The notes under the pieces: model-generated
Databases searched by the model: none
Told to the model about the DNA's origin: nothing
Seen by the model: the letters and a program-made list of their open reading frames with translations, nothing else
Program-made: the position numbers and the translations under genes
Assembly: GCA_037146775.1 (NCBI GenBank)
Contig: JBAWWL010000004.1
Location: forward strand, 22,471-86,470
Length of the DNA stretch: 64,000 nucleotides
Source of the DNA: Candidatus Omnitrophota bacterium
GTDB lineage: Bacteria > Omnitrophota > Gorgyraeia > Duberdicusellales > 4484-171
Reading direction: 5' to 3'
In this document: piece by piece, positions 43,528-54,295 of the stretch
Numbering within the stretch: position 1 is the stretch's first letter
Layout: every line of letters starts with the position of its first letter

Positions 43528-45843
43528 TTATATATTCTCGTTTGCCACAACTGCCTGGCCTATTGATATCGCGCCATCGTTGAAGGGTGTGCGGTGGTGC
43601 CACGCAACCGAAAACCGCGAGGCTTTTAAAAGCTTTGCGGTTAAGGCAAGCAGCAAACAATTTTGGAATACTCCCCCCGAGAGCACTACCGTATTAATCC
43701 CGGAATCATTGCGCAGACGTTGCGCCATGTTTTGTATTATTTTTGCCATGGTAAAATGAAACGCATGGGCGACTAAACGACTGTCTTCCTTGCAAGAATA
43801 CGCTCTGGCCATGGCAGAAAACACAGGCCGCCAGTCAATACGGTAACTATTATACATTCTTTTGATGACCACCGGATAACTGTGCGCTTTACCTCTATAT
43901 TGCATAGCAAGCATCTCCAAAAGTATCGCTGCCTCAGCTTCGTAAGTAATTTTATGCTTCAACCCCAAGAGGCTTGAGGCTGCATCAAACAATCTGCCCG
44001 CCGAAGACGTAACAGTATATGTTTTATTCTGAATGAGACGAATAAATATATCGACTTCTTTTTTAGTAAAAGCCTCGAGAAAACTCATGCGTGTATCAAA
44101 CAGCCTTCCCCTGAAAAGCGCATATAAAAGATAGAGCGTAACCCGGGCTGGTTCTTGAATGGCTTTATCGCTGCCAAGAAGCCCGAAATAATCAAAATAC
44201 CCTTTGCGCACAAATGTTTTTCTATCCGCAATAAAAAACTCCCCTCCCCATACAGCATTATCCATACCCAGCCCCGTCCCGTCAAAACATACTCCGATGA
44301 CCTTCTCAAAAATCCTGTTCTCAAAAAGACAGGCAGCAATATGCGCATGATGATGCTGCACGGCTATTTTTTTTACATCTTTTAGCGAAAGTGCGTACTC
44401 GCTCGACATATAACCCGAATGATAATCATACGCGACAACATGCGGCTCGAAATTAAATATTTTTTTGTAATGAGCGAGCGCGGAAAGATAATATTCGTAA
44501 TTTGCGTAGTTCTTCAGGTCTCCGATATGCGGCGAAGCAATAAGATGATTGTTCTTGACGATAGAAAAGGTGTTTTTCAGTTCTGCGCCGCAGGCAAGTA
44601 TATTTTCTTTGTTGGCACATTCCATTACTTCGGGGGTATAGCCCCGCGCCGACCTGATAATAATTTCTTTATGCGCAAAAATTCTTACAATAGAATCGTC
44701 ACAGCGCATATGAATAGGACGATTATGAACAAGAGAATAATCTGTATAATTTTTAAGACGTGCCAGTTCTCTTTCGTTGGCGGCAAGAGGAAAGTCTTTT
44801 GCATTCCCCGAAGTCATCACCAAGACAGGTGACTTCGTATACGCTCTCAGGTAATGAAAAATAAGATAGTGTAACGGCGCATAGGCACACATCACCCCTA
44901 AGTATCCTTGTCCGGGCGCAACAGCCTCTACCCAAGGGGTCTTCCTTTTGATTTTCAAAAGTACGATAGGCCGGCGAGAAGAAAACAGAAGCTTTCTTTC
45001 TTCTTGGGTGATAGCGCAGATGTTTTTTAGCGTCCGTAAGTCATCGAGCATGACCGCAAAGGGTTTGGCTGGCCTTAATTTCTTTTCTCGTAAACGCATA
45101 ACGGCGCTTATGTTTTTTGCGTCGCACCCAAGATGATATCCGCCGATACCTTTTATCGCGACTATTTTTCCTCGATAAAGTAGTTTTGCCGTTTTCATTA
45201 ATAACGCTCTGTGGGGAGCAGAAAAATTTCCGGTACCCAGCGATACTGAGCGCCTTAAAGCAAGGCCGGGACCACAGCTAAAACAGGCGTTGGGCTGGGC
45301 GTGAAACCTGCGATTGGCCGGCTGATTATATTCTTCTCTGCATTGCGCACACAAAGAAAAACTATCCATGGTGGTAACACGCCGATCGTAAGGCACGTCT
45401 TTGGTGATCGTAAAACGAGGGCCGCAATTTGTACAGTTGATAAAAGGATATAAATATCTTCTATCGTTTTTACTGAATAATTCTTCCCGGCAATCTTCGC
45501 AGATAGACAAATCATGCGATATAAACGTGAACGCATCTTTGTCTGCGCGGCTTTCCCGGATACAAAACGTGGTTTCGCCTTGGCGTGCGAGCGACTTTTG
45601 GGTTATTGTGGCGATAGAGCTCGCGGGGGGAGGGTTATTTTTCATCTCCTTTATATATGCACTAATATCTTTTCTTTCTCCCTCAACCTCTGCGACGACG
45701 CCTTGTGGGTTATTAAAAACAAAACCGCCCAGGCGAAATTTTTTAGACAGATTATAGAGGTACGGCCGAAAACCTACGCCCTGGACAATACCGTTAATGT
45801 GTAGCCTTACACGCTGTTTCATTTTTTCACTATCCAGAAACAA
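43528..45843 (-). CDS. hypF: Carbamoyltransferase HypF
   Basis: 771 aa with an acylphosphatase domain, two CxxC...CxxC zinc fingers, a YrdC domain and a Kae1-like domain. Confidence 0.9.
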   Translation of the reverse strand: MFLDSEKMKQRVRLHINGIVQGVGFRPYLYNLSKKFRLGGFVFNNPQGVVAEVEGERKDISAYIKEMKNNPPPASSIATITQKSLARQGETTFCIRESRADKDAFTFISHDLSICEDCREELFSKNDRRYLYPFINCTNCGPRFTITKDVPYDRRVTTMDSFSLCAQCREEYNQPANRRFHAQPNACFSCGPGLALRRSVSLGTGNFSAPHRALLMKTAKLLYRGKIVAIKGIGGYHLGCDAKNISAVMRLREKKLRPAKPFAVMLDDLRTLKNICAITQEERKLLFSSRRPIVLLKIKRKTPWVEAVAPGQGYLGVMCAYAPLHYLIFHYLRAYTKSPVLVMTSGNAKDFPLAANERELARLKNYTDYSLVHNRPIHMRCDDSIVRIFAHKEIIIRSARGYTPEVMECANKENILACGAELKNTFSIVKNNHLIASPHIGDLKNYANYEYYLSALAHYKKIFNFEPHVVAYDYHSGYMSSEYALSLKDVKKIAVQHHHAHIAACLFENRIFEKVIGVCFDGTGLGMDNAVWGGEFFIADRKTFVRKGYFDYFGLLGSDKAIQEPARVTLYLLYALFRGRLFDTRMSFLEAFTKKEVDIFIRLIQNKTYTVTSSAGRLFDAASSLLGLKHKITYEAEAAILLEMLAMQYRGKAHSYPVVIKRMYNSYRIDWRPVFSAMARAYSCKEDSRLVAHAFHFTMAKIIQNMAQRLRNDSGINTVVLSGGVFQNCLLLALTAKLLKASRFSVAWHHRTPFNDGAISIGQAVVANENI

Positions 45844-45875
45844 TGGTGGGTTTACTTCTGCCGTGTTATATATTG

Positions 45876-46700
45876 CTATAATGCCGAGATAACGACGACA
45901 TCTAAGATACAGTTTACGTTGACGCGCCAGGACTGTTGTTGGTAGTTTTGATATAAAAGATAAAGATGATTGTTTTCTTGCACAAGACGTGTGGGTTTTA
46001 TTTTTTGTTCTTCGATTATATTCGCAGAAGAAAAATGGCGCATCTTTATGAAGTATTGTTTATCGATCGCCTCTTGCATTGAGGAAACCTTAATAGCCTT
46101 CCTGGTTTGAAACAAGTCGTTGCTAAATCCGTAGAGCGATAAAAAATCTTCCAAGCGTGCCAGTTGTTTTTCTTTCAAAATATCCGCCAGTTTAAAAAAT
46201 ACCTCAGATGCCATAAACGCATCATCGAGTGCTCGATGTGCCTTAGGAAAAGGTATGTTAAACGATGCAGCTACCGCGGCTAAATTATATTTTTCTAATC
46301 GCACTGTTTTTCGCGCCATAGCAAGAATATCTATGGCAGGAAATTGCGCAAGGCTGTGATTGACTTTTTTGAGTTCGTATTCCAAAAAGCCAGCGTCAAA
46401 TTCAATATTATAGGCAAAAATTACACAACCATCAAGAAACCCTAAAAGATTCTGCGCAAGATATTCAAAGGCCGGTGCATCCTTCACTGTTTCGTTGGAA
46501 ATACCGTGGATACGGTATGCTTCTTGAGGAATATCTCTTTTCGGATTCACTAAGTTATGAAACGTGTCGACAACTGTCCGGTTTCGTATCTTCACGACCC
46601 CCACCTCACATATCGCATCCCCTCTCGCCGGTTCCAAACCCGTAGTTTCGAGGTCAAGAAAAGCTAAATCATGACTTTCGATCTGCTGCTTAAATTCCAT
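45876..46700 (-). CDS. DEDDh 3'-5' exonuclease (DnaQ/Pol III epsilon-like) with ~100-aa C-terminal extension of unknown function
   Basis: 274 aa with FLDLETTGL (Exo I), an Exo II region and HRALDDA (Exo III). Confidence 0.7.
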   Translation of the reverse strand: MEFKQQIESHDLAFLDLETTGLEPARGDAICEVGVVKIRNRTVVDTFHNLVNPKRDIPQEAYRIHGISNETVKDAPAFEYLAQNLLGFLDGCVIFAYNIEFDAGFLEYELKKVNHSLAQFPAIDILAMARKTVRLEKYNLAAVAASFNIPFPKAHRALDDAFMASEVFFKLADILKEKQLARLEDFLSLYGFSNDLFQTRKAIKVSSMQEAIDKQYFIKMRHFSSANIIEEQKIKPTRLVQENNHLYLLYQNYQQQSWRVNVNCILDVVVISAL

Positions 46701-46744
46701 GTATTTTTTGTATTGCGAAAGGTTTTTACGCGTAACGATATCGA

Positions 46745-47167
46745 TTACGCTACTATCTTTACCACAATGGTCCGTTCCCTTTTTCGAATATCAAAATCAA
46801 TCAAAACAACCTGCTGCCACGTGCCTAAATCAAGCTTACCCGCAGTTATCGAAACAAATAAATTTGTCTTAAGCAATGAGCTGCATAAATGCGAGTGGGC
46901 ATTGTTATCATTCCAGGTAAAATTGTGAGCATAATCATTTTGAGCGGGAACAGTGTGCTCAAAAAATTTTTTTACGTCTTTTTCTAGGCCGGGCTCATAT
47001 TCCATGGTAGTAATTCCGGCAGTAGAACCAATTACTGATATAAATAAAATGCCGTCTTGTACATTTTCTTCGTCAATAATACCCTCTAACTGCGATGTGA
47101 TATTGATAATATCGGCGTTGCCTTTGGTTGAGAGCTTTATATACCTGGTTTTCATGGTACACAGCAA
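46745..47167 (-). CDS. YjbQ-family (UPF0047) protein
   Basis: 140 aa, a TIGR00149-like pattern. The start may be the internal Met at 47155. Confidence 0.7.
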   Translation of the reverse strand: MLCTMKTRYIKLSTKGNADIINITSQLEGIIDEENVQDGILFISVIGSTAGITTMEYEPGLEKDVKKFFEHTVPAQNDYAHNFTWNDNNAHSHLCSSLLKTNLFVSITAGKLDLGTWQQVVLIDFDIRKRERTIVVKIVA

Positions 47168-47178
47168 TAAAAATAGTG

Positions 47179-47499
47179 TTAGCGAATTTTACTGCCTGGC
47201 TCAACTGCGTTTAGAGGGATAAGAATGCTGGTGGTACTGCTGCCTTGCGCGGCGAGCAACATTCCTTCAGACATACATCCCCGGATCTCTCTTGGTTCTA
47301 GGTTGATTATAATAATGCCGCATTTATCCTTTAAATCTTCAGCGGTATAATAAGGCCTTATCCCAGCCACCAGTTGGACAACCTTTTCTCCTATATCCAC
47401 CTTTAAAAGATATAGCTTATCCGCGTTGGGATGCGTTGTGACTTCTACGATTTTTCCCACCCTTATATCCAGTTTAGCAAAATCATCAAAAGTGACCAT
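47179..47499 (-). CDS. tRNA-binding (EMAP/CsaA/MetG-C-like) domain protein
   Basis: 106 aa. DIRVGKIVEV...HPNADKLYLLKVDIGE is the canonical tRNA-binding OB-fold signature. Confidence 0.75.
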   Translation of the reverse strand: MVTFDDFAKLDIRVGKIVEVTTHPNADKLYLLKVDIGEKVVQLVAGIRPYYTAEDLKDKCGIIIINLEPREIRGCMSEGMLLAAQGSSTTSILIPLNAVEPGSKIR

Positions 47500-47649
47500 G
47501 ACCCCCTCCTTTTAGACTCCATTACGCTCGCTACCCAATCCATGTATGCCCCATTGGCATACAGAGTGGCATATTGGGATAGTATTGTAGCAACTTTGTC
47601 GATTTACGCAATATTTATTATAAGTACCGGGAGGAACTTATGAACCGCT

Positions 47650-48609
47650 TTACGGTCCGGGGTGAATTATTTTGTAGTCGCGGATAAATACTATTTTTTC
47701 AATCAGAGACTGCGGGCCAGTTTTAATTAATAACTCGTCAAGATAAGGATCGGCGGAAGAAATACCTAACTCCAGTTGATACATGTTCATATTTTCTTTT
47801 TCGCCAATCCAGCGAAAATCCGCGTAAAAACTGTTGTTTCTATAAAGTTTTACCGTAGTCAGCGGTTTGTTGAGATATGCTATTATTTTGAATGGCACTT
47901 TTTCGTATGGGAAACCGTATGCGTGAAGTTTAAAATCGCTGGCGCCAGGATATGCCACAAAATGTATACTCATGTCTCCCCACTTACTGTGAACTTCCGC
48001 TTTTATGGGGATGGTATCCGACAACAGTTTAAAATAGTCTCTCACTCTTTCCCACTGATTTGCATAGGCAAGAAACAATATCATGTGGTTAAAGGCTTTT
48101 TTATAATCTTGTTTTTGAATATAATATTGAGCTAAATACCGGTGTGGTTTATAGTTTTTCCAACTCAATTGTGCGGCCCTTAACAACTCCCCTTCCGCGT
48201 GAGGATTCTCCTTTTGGGCATAATAATACCCAAGTTTTAAATGATATTCCCAATTGATAGGATTTAAATCAATGGCCTGCCTGTAAAGCCCCTCTATCTC
48301 GTCATCTTTGATTACTAAGGCATTTGCCAGGCCCTCCCCGGATGCTTGCAGCATAGTATCGGCCTTGAGAACAATATATTCAGCGTTACCATTATGGTAC
48401 GCTATCGCTTTGGTTAAAAAAGAAAGTACGGTAGTATAATAATCATTCTCCGCATAATCAAGTGCGGTTTTTTTATGGTTGACGGCTTTTTCAAAAAGGA
48501 ACATCGATGCTGTATTGGTATAAAGAAAACATGCACAGACAGCGATCGCAAGGATAACTATGCTGGATAACCAATAAAGCATTTTTGTTTCAAATATCTT
48601 TTCTCTCAT
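47650..48609 (-). CDS. Membrane-anchored TPR-like protein, unknown function
   Basis: 319 aa with an N-terminal TM helix followed by helical-repeat content. The first gene of an EPS-type operon. Confidence 0.45.
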   Translation of the reverse strand: MREKIFETKMLYWLSSIVILAIAVCACFLYTNTASMFLFEKAVNHKKTALDYAENDYYTTVLSFLTKAIAYHNGNAEYIVLKADTMLQASGEGLANALVIKDDEIEGLYRQAIDLNPINWEYHLKLGYYYAQKENPHAEGELLRAAQLSWKNYKPHRYLAQYYIQKQDYKKAFNHMILFLAYANQWERVRDYFKLLSDTIPIKAEVHSKWGDMSIHFVAYPGASDFKLHAYGFPYEKVPFKIIAYLNKPLTTVKLYRNNSFYADFRWIGEKENMNMYQLELGISSADPYLDELLIKTGPQSLIEKIVFIRDYKIIHPGP

Positions 48610-49928
48610 GTCTCCTCTTCGTTATCGGAAGAAGGGTGCAAGAAACGAGTGTAAGCACATTTATAGCTTAAGCCCATAATAAGCCAAAACAAAAAGGTAA
48701 CCGCAGGAATATGAAAATTGAACTCAAAAATGCTATGAAATAATACACCAATGAGGCCACACCATCCTCCTAAGACAATATTTTGCACAAAAGGATCGTG
48801 TCGTTTCGTTATTTGCCCGAAGATATCTTTTAGTATCTTAAAAATAAAAAAGAAATAGAATAAGGCACCGATTAACCCGATTTCTACGATCATTTGCAAG
48901 TATTCGTTATGCAAATATTTATAATAGACGGGAAATGTCGCGAATGTTTGATAGATAGGGAATATATACGAAAAATTACCCAATCCGCACCCACACAAAG
49001 GAAAATCACGCGTTATCGCAAGAGAGTCCCTGGAAATAGCCCACCTTCCCAGCAAGCCTTCCTTTAAAAAAATGAATGTCTTTTTTAGCGGGCCGGGACC
49101 GGCAACCGCCAATAAAAGCATACTTACCGCAACCACTAAAATAATGACTCCGTATTTTGCCATATCGGCATTTTGCCGAAACAGCAGATAGCACATCACC
49201 ATTAAAGACAACAAAAGACTGAAGGATCCGGCACGGGAAAGCGAAAGGAAAATACTAGCCGAAATCATCGCGGCAATAAAGCCGAAAATGAGCTTTACAA
49301 AAATATTGCGGCACGATAAGCCGTACCCGATAGCTAAAGGTACAACCATAATCATATATCCGGCGAAATGATTGGCATTACCGAAGGTACTGAATGATTG
49401 CGTTTCTACTGCTCCAAGCACAGTGTATTTCTTAAAGAGGCCATAAAAAGATAGGAGGAGGCCCCAAAATATAATCACCAGGACGATCCTTTGAAATTGG
49501 CGTTTTTTTTCCAACACATTCATTGCAATTATAAATACACTGAAAATTGAAAAGAATTTTACTGCTTCCTCCTTGAGAGGCAGCGTGTAAAAAGCTATTC
49601 GTAAAAATTCTTGTGCTTTTGCAGAAAGTGCGTTATGTTCCACCAAGGCAGCCGTATGAGGAGAAAAAATCCGCAGTATAAAGGCGGGTAAAGAAATTAA
49701 CTGCAAGACGATTGTGCAAAGAAAAAAACCAATAAGGCATAGGTACGGAGGATATAGAATTTTATGCGGTCTGGAAAAAAGTAATCTGCCAATAAATAAT
49801 ATTATCAGGAGCAGGCAAACAAGCTGAAGAATAGCCGCGGATAACGGCGTAACCGCAGCGTAAAAAAGAGGAGAAAAGATAATAAGAAAGAGTAGGACAC
49901 ATTCGCAAGATACAGACCAACTCATCAT
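48606..49928 (-). CDS. O-antigen ligase/polymerase family (Wzy_C) membrane protein
   Basis: 440 aa and polytopic. Wzy_C-like block with LSLSRAGSFSL and H..EYLQMIVEIG. Confidence 0.7.
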   Translation of the reverse strand: MMSWSVSCECVLLFLIIFSPLFYAAVTPLSAAILQLVCLLLIILFIGRLLFSRPHKILYPPYLCLIGFFLCTIVLQLISLPAFILRIFSPHTAALVEHNALSAKAQEFLRIAFYTLPLKEEAVKFFSIFSVFIIAMNVLEKKRQFQRIVLVIIFWGLLLSFYGLFKKYTVLGAVETQSFSTFGNANHFAGYMIMVVPLAIGYGLSCRNIFVKLIFGFIAAMISASIFLSLSRAGSFSLLLSLMVMCYLLFRQNADMAKYGVIILVVAVSMLLLAVAGPGPLKKTFIFLKEGLLGRWAISRDSLAITRDFPLCGCGLGNFSYIFPIYQTFATFPVYYKYLHNEYLQMIVEIGLIGALFYFFFIFKILKDIFGQITKRHDPFVQNIVLGGWCGLIGVLFHSIFEFNFHIPAVTFLFWLIMGLSYKCAYTRFLHPSSDNEEET

Positions 49929-49937
49929 CGTTGGATA

Positions 49938-51782
49938 TCAGGGCTTTTCACGGGTGGAAGAGTAATAATAGTGGTGATAATAGTAGCGGTCGTGTGCCAC
50001 CTCTGTATTGTTCAACACTGCACCAACCACTTTGACTTTAGTATCAATAATCTTTTTCGCTTCCAAGATATATTTTATAGAGGTGGAGCCAGTTTTTATA
50101 ACAAATACCACACCATCACATTTGTCTCCTAAAATCAGCGCTTCAGCGACGTTTAAAATCGGTGTGGAATCAATCACAACTCTTCGAAATTTCTTTTCCA
50201 GTTCTCGCAAAATATTCGGCAGCCGTTCCGAACTGATAAGTTCGGTGGGATTCGGCGTGTAAGGACCCGCTGAAAGCAGAAACAGGTTGGGAATAAAGGT
50301 AGGAGTAACCGCCTCATCCAGAGAAGCCGTTCCTGCCAAAACACTGCTTAAGCCATGTTTTGGTTTAAGGTCGAATGTCTTGTGCAGGTTGCCTTTACGC
50401 ATATCTCCATCGACCAATATCGTCGGTTCTTTGGCTTGAGCGAATATGATTGATAAATTACAAGAAATCAATGTTTTGCCTTCGCCAGGGACTGAACTGG
50501 TTATCACCATAGTGCGTAAAGGCTTGTCTTCGGGAAATGAGAAAATCAAAGAGACCTTTAAGTTTCTAAACGCTTCAGCAATGCGTGACTTTGGTTTGAT
50601 ATGAGAAACTAAATTTCTGTGTTTTGGTTCTCTTAATTCTCTTTTTGCGGAAGGCAGATATCCCAAGAATGCGAATTTCGCATAAAACTCAACGTCGTCG
50701 GATGTTTTTAGGCTGGAATCTATCCTTTCTAAAAACAAAGAGAGGAATATACCAAACATTAAACTTCCCAACATGGCCACGGGAATATCGGTAAAAGGCC
50801 GGGGCCGATAAGGGCTTTTTGGTTCTACTGCTGCGTCCAGCACCCGCATACTCGAGAGAGTTAACTCCTTAGACACATCTAATTCCTTGGCGCGTGTTAA
50901 GAAATCGTCATAGAGAGACTTGTAGGTTTCAACCTTTCTTTTTAAGATTCCGTATTCGGCCATTTTCTCCTGTAACGCAAGGCGGATATTGGTTTCTTCT
51001 GTTAATTTATCCACAACCGACTTCGCCTGGCTTGTTAACGCAAGCATTTTAGGATGTTTGTTTTTGTACCGTTTTGACGCCTCTGCAATTTGCGTATCGA
51101 GCTGCGCTTTCTGCGCTTTCAAGCTCTCAATGAGCGCTTCGGTTTTTGATTCGATATCCGGAACGGTGACTATTTTGTTTATCCGGAGAAAATTATTCAA
51201 TAATTTTTCTGCCTCATTCAACTTTAACAGCGTATCCGTCAGTTGATTTTCTAAGAACGAGACGCCATACTTAGCAGTGCCTACCCTTCGCTCCACATCC
51301 TGGTAGATGAATTCGCGTGTCCACGTATTCGCTATAGCGGTAATTTTTAAAGGGTTTGCGCCTCTTACCGAGACAACAGCAATATTACTGAATTTTAGCT
51401 GTGATACCTTTACCATAGCAAGCAGTTGTCCGGCGGGGTCGGGAGAGTGTATGAATTCCGGGTCGCGGTCTAATTCTAATTTTTTTATTACCCGCTCGGC
51501 TAACGAACGTGACTCCAGAATATTTAATTGCGTGAGATAATAGTCTCGGCCAACTACGGGCTGCCCCTGATATACATCTTCAACTTTTCCGGTAATTTTT
51601 GGTTTTTCATATTCAATGATTACCGTTGATTTTACCTCGTATTTTTTTGGTGTTGAAAAATCGTAGAATGCGACCGTCCCGGTTGCAAATACAAAAATAG
51701 CGAAAATAAGCCATATGTGCTTCGTTAGTATGGCAACATAATCGTTTGCCGTTAATTCTTTTACTTCCGGTGGTGGTATCAT
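49938..51782 (-). CDS. Polysaccharide co-polymerase / BY-kinase (Wzc-like tyrosine autokinase)
   Basis: 614 aa with an N-terminal Wzz domain containing a TM helix, a Walker A motif (SSVPGEGKT) and a C-terminal Tyr cluster (YYYHHYYYSS). Confidence 0.85.
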   Translation of the reverse strand: MIPPPEVKELTANDYVAILTKHIWLIFAIFVFATGTVAFYDFSTPKKYEVKSTVIIEYEKPKITGKVEDVYQGQPVVGRDYYLTQLNILESRSLAERVIKKLELDRDPEFIHSPDPAGQLLAMVKVSQLKFSNIAVVSVRGANPLKITAIANTWTREFIYQDVERRVGTAKYGVSFLENQLTDTLLKLNEAEKLLNNFLRINKIVTVPDIESKTEALIESLKAQKAQLDTQIAEASKRYKNKHPKMLALTSQAKSVVDKLTEETNIRLALQEKMAEYGILKRKVETYKSLYDDFLTRAKELDVSKELTLSSMRVLDAAVEPKSPYRPRPFTDIPVAMLGSLMFGIFLSLFLERIDSSLKTSDDVEFYAKFAFLGYLPSAKRELREPKHRNLVSHIKPKSRIAEAFRNLKVSLIFSFPEDKPLRTMVITSSVPGEGKTLISCNLSIIFAQAKEPTILVDGDMRKGNLHKTFDLKPKHGLSSVLAGTASLDEAVTPTFIPNLFLLSAGPYTPNPTELISSERLPNILRELEKKFRRVVIDSTPILNVAEALILGDKCDGVVFVIKTGSTSIKYILEAKKIIDTKVKVVGAVLNNTEVAHDRYYYHHYYYSSTREKP

Positions 51783-51785
51783 AGT

Positions 51786-52841
51786 TTAGAAAAATCCCTC
51801 ATCTACCATTACTACATCGCCCTCGCCCAAAAGTATATCTTTTGATTTATCGCCGCTTTTCAGAAGATAACCAACCGGTACATTAAACGTTTGCCGCTTC
51901 CCTTTTATCTCTTCTCGAATTACCCGTACCGCGTTTTGATTTGCAGTCTCAGTAAAACCCCCTGCTCTTGCGATGGCATCGGTCACGGTAATACCGCGCT
52001 TAAAATCGTAGCTACCCGGTTTCTTTACCTGCCCAAGAACAGAAAATTGTTTGTATGCGGTGACAAAAACCGTATCGTTGTTTTTTAATAAAAACGATTT
52101 GCCCTGTTGATCCAAATTTATTATGTACGCGTTGATTCCTTTTTGTTCTTGCCTTTCAACTTTAATCTTGGTAACATCGGCGTCTTCTTTCGCTCCGCCG
52201 GCAAGAGCAACGACATCAAGCAACGCGGCATCTTTTGTGAGATAATAATTTCCGGGTCTATTCACTTCGCCCAATACAGAGACTTTTCCGTATTCGCCTA
52301 CGATAATCCTGTCGGAAGAATTGATAAGAAAATCCCTTCCTTGTGTTTCTAGGTTCAAAATATATTCCCGTTCAACATTATTTTCTTTCCTGACGACTTT
52401 TATTTTAGAAAGATCAGCGGACTCTTTCGCTCCGCCGGCAAGAGCTATGGCATCCAATAACGTTAAATTACCTTTAAGCTCATAGCCGCCTTCGCGGTTG
52501 ACCTTGCCTACAAGGTAAAACTTTGAATATTCACGTACAAATATGCTTACCTGCGGATTCACTAAATACTCTTTTTCAAGCAATTCCCCTATATTGGTCG
52601 CCGCTTCCTTTACGTTAAAGCCGACGACGGTTATTTCTCCGATGAAAGGATATGTAATTTTTCCGTCCTCGGAAACTTTTACGGTTTTATTTAAATCGGG
52701 CTCGTCATATACAGAAATCTCCAGAGTGTCGCCTGGTTTGATCGTATACGTTGTGTTACTATTTTGAGAGAACAGCAATGCTTCTTGATTACAAAAAAAC
52801 ACGATAACGAAAAGCGCAAGTATAGAAATTATTTTTTTCAT
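51786..52841 (-). CDS. Polysaccharide export protein (Wza-like; Poly_export + SLBB repeats)
   Basis: 351 aa. Signal peptide, a PGDTLEISVYDEPDL Poly_export motif and repeated soluble-ligand-binding beta-grasp segments. Confidence 0.8.
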   Translation of the reverse strand: MKKIISILALFVIVFFCNQEALLFSQNSNTTYTIKPGDTLEISVYDEPDLNKTVKVSEDGKITYPFIGEITVVGFNVKEAATNIGELLEKEYLVNPQVSIFVREYSKFYLVGKVNREGGYELKGNLTLLDAIALAGGAKESADLSKIKVVRKENNVEREYILNLETQGRDFLINSSDRIIVGEYGKVSVLGEVNRPGNYYLTKDAALLDVVALAGGAKEDADVTKIKVERQEQKGINAYIINLDQQGKSFLLKNNDTVFVTAYKQFSVLGQVKKPGSYDFKRGITVTDAIARAGGFTETANQNAVRVIREEIKGKRQTFNVPVGYLLKSGDKSKDILLGEGDVVMVDEGFF

Positions 52842-54280
52842 TAGAATTCTGCGGTTAGCTCCAAATCCCCAAGATTATTCTTATATTTGTTTGTTGCTAT
52901 ATTAGACATCCTGGTACCATACAAGTATCCGATTCCAATTGTCAACCACTTTTTTAATTTATATTCCGGCTTTAAGGTAACATAAAGATATTTGTCTCTG
53001 GTATCCGGTTCTGAATTCTGCTCTTTGTAGCCGACACCCGTAGCAAAACGAAGGCGTTTATTAAAAAGAGGCAGGTAGTTGCAGCCAAGCAAAACACCAT
53101 GGATCTTTGCCGTACCCTCATCAAGCAAATTTGCCTCGCCCAATCCGTTAACAAGTTCCAAGTTATATACTAACCGCGGTGTTTGTTGATAGTCGAATCT
53201 CATTTTGACGGTAGGGCCTGCGTATTTTCTTTGGCCTGAGGTGGGATCGGTACTTCTATAGCCATATTTTAGCGAACCGCTTAATTTGTTGAAAGCGCTG
53301 CTTACGCCCCACCAGTATTTGTTATAGGTCCAGCGGCCCGGCTTGGACTTTATCGTATCTATCCAGCCATGTACATAATCAAATAGTAAATTCGTTTTGG
53401 GAGTTATTTGCAATGAACTTACCAGCGCCAGATTATTACGCTTGCGGTTGCTGGAAACATAATCGTCTTGTTGGTATACCGTGTAGTTATGATAATATTG
53501 CAGCCCCCATTTAAGTTTCTTAAAACTCGTCTCAAAACTGCTGCCGTAATCAAAGAACCACATATCGATAAATTCACGGTTAGTTGCCTCGTTGTATACC
53601 TCAAGCTCGCCACTGGTAGCCCTTCGTCTGTAGATATTGGTCGTCACCGACACCCCATAGTTTTTCGCATTATATTTTACGAAACCGCCACCATAAGGAA
53701 GCTGGGTATCCTTCGCATGATTACGCACATAGCTGACAAGTTCCGTTCCGGCAACAAGACGATAATCGAGGCCTCCTTTGGAAATTTTATTTTTAATCTC
53801 TATACCGGGATCCGCTATGGTAACAAAATCGGACATTTCGTTGTCGTTATCCAGCAAAATATTATCGGTAAATTGTTCTTTTACCTTTAGATACGGACTT
53901 ACATTTTTCAAGAAACGCTTGACCTTAAGTAACTTTTCTTCCTGCCAGAGACGACGTTCTTTTTTTTCAACGACCGCGTCGGTTTCTGCCGGAATAGTCT
54001 CGGGGACCGGGGATACCGCACCTTGTTGTTCTTCCGGCGCAAGAGTCGATGATGCAGTGACCGTACTCATCTCAAAATTTTTACTGGGAGTGGTTTCGTT
54101 CGCGTAATAATCCAGAGTGTAAGAAACAAGGTCTTTTCGGGGTATGCCCGCAAACGCCGGCATGCACAGTAAACCTATTATACCGAGAAAAAATATGACT
54201 CTCAATTTTATATTTCCCAAACAAATATGCCCCGCTTCATAATAAATACCGCAAAGGATTATCAAAGCAATCAACAACAA
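52841..54280 (-). CDS. Outer-membrane beta-barrel protein (C-terminal Phe), EPS-locus associated
   Basis: 479 aa with alternating amphipathic beta-strand-like segments and a terminal ...LTAEF. The true start may be the internal TTG at 54204, giving the signal peptide MRVIFFLGIIGLLCMPAFA. Confidence 0.45.
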   Translation of the reverse strand: MLLIALIILCGIYYEAGHICLGNIKLRVIFFLGIIGLLCMPAFAGIPRKDLVSYTLDYYANETTPSKNFEMSTVTASSTLAPEEQQGAVSPVPETIPAETDAVVEKKERRLWQEEKLLKVKRFLKNVSPYLKVKEQFTDNILLDNDNEMSDFVTIADPGIEIKNKISKGGLDYRLVAGTELVSYVRNHAKDTQLPYGGGFVKYNAKNYGVSVTTNIYRRRATSGELEVYNEATNREFIDMWFFDYGSSFETSFKKLKWGLQYYHNYTVYQQDDYVSSNRKRNNLALVSSLQITPKTNLLFDYVHGWIDTIKSKPGRWTYNKYWWGVSSAFNKLSGSLKYGYRSTDPTSGQRKYAGPTVKMRFDYQQTPRLVYNLELVNGLGEANLLDEGTAKIHGVLLGCNYLPLFNKRLRFATGVGYKEQNSEPDTRDKYLYVTLKPEYKLKKWLTIGIGYLYGTRMSNIATNKYKNNLGDLELTAEF

Positions 54281-54295
54281 AACTATTTTTGGTGA

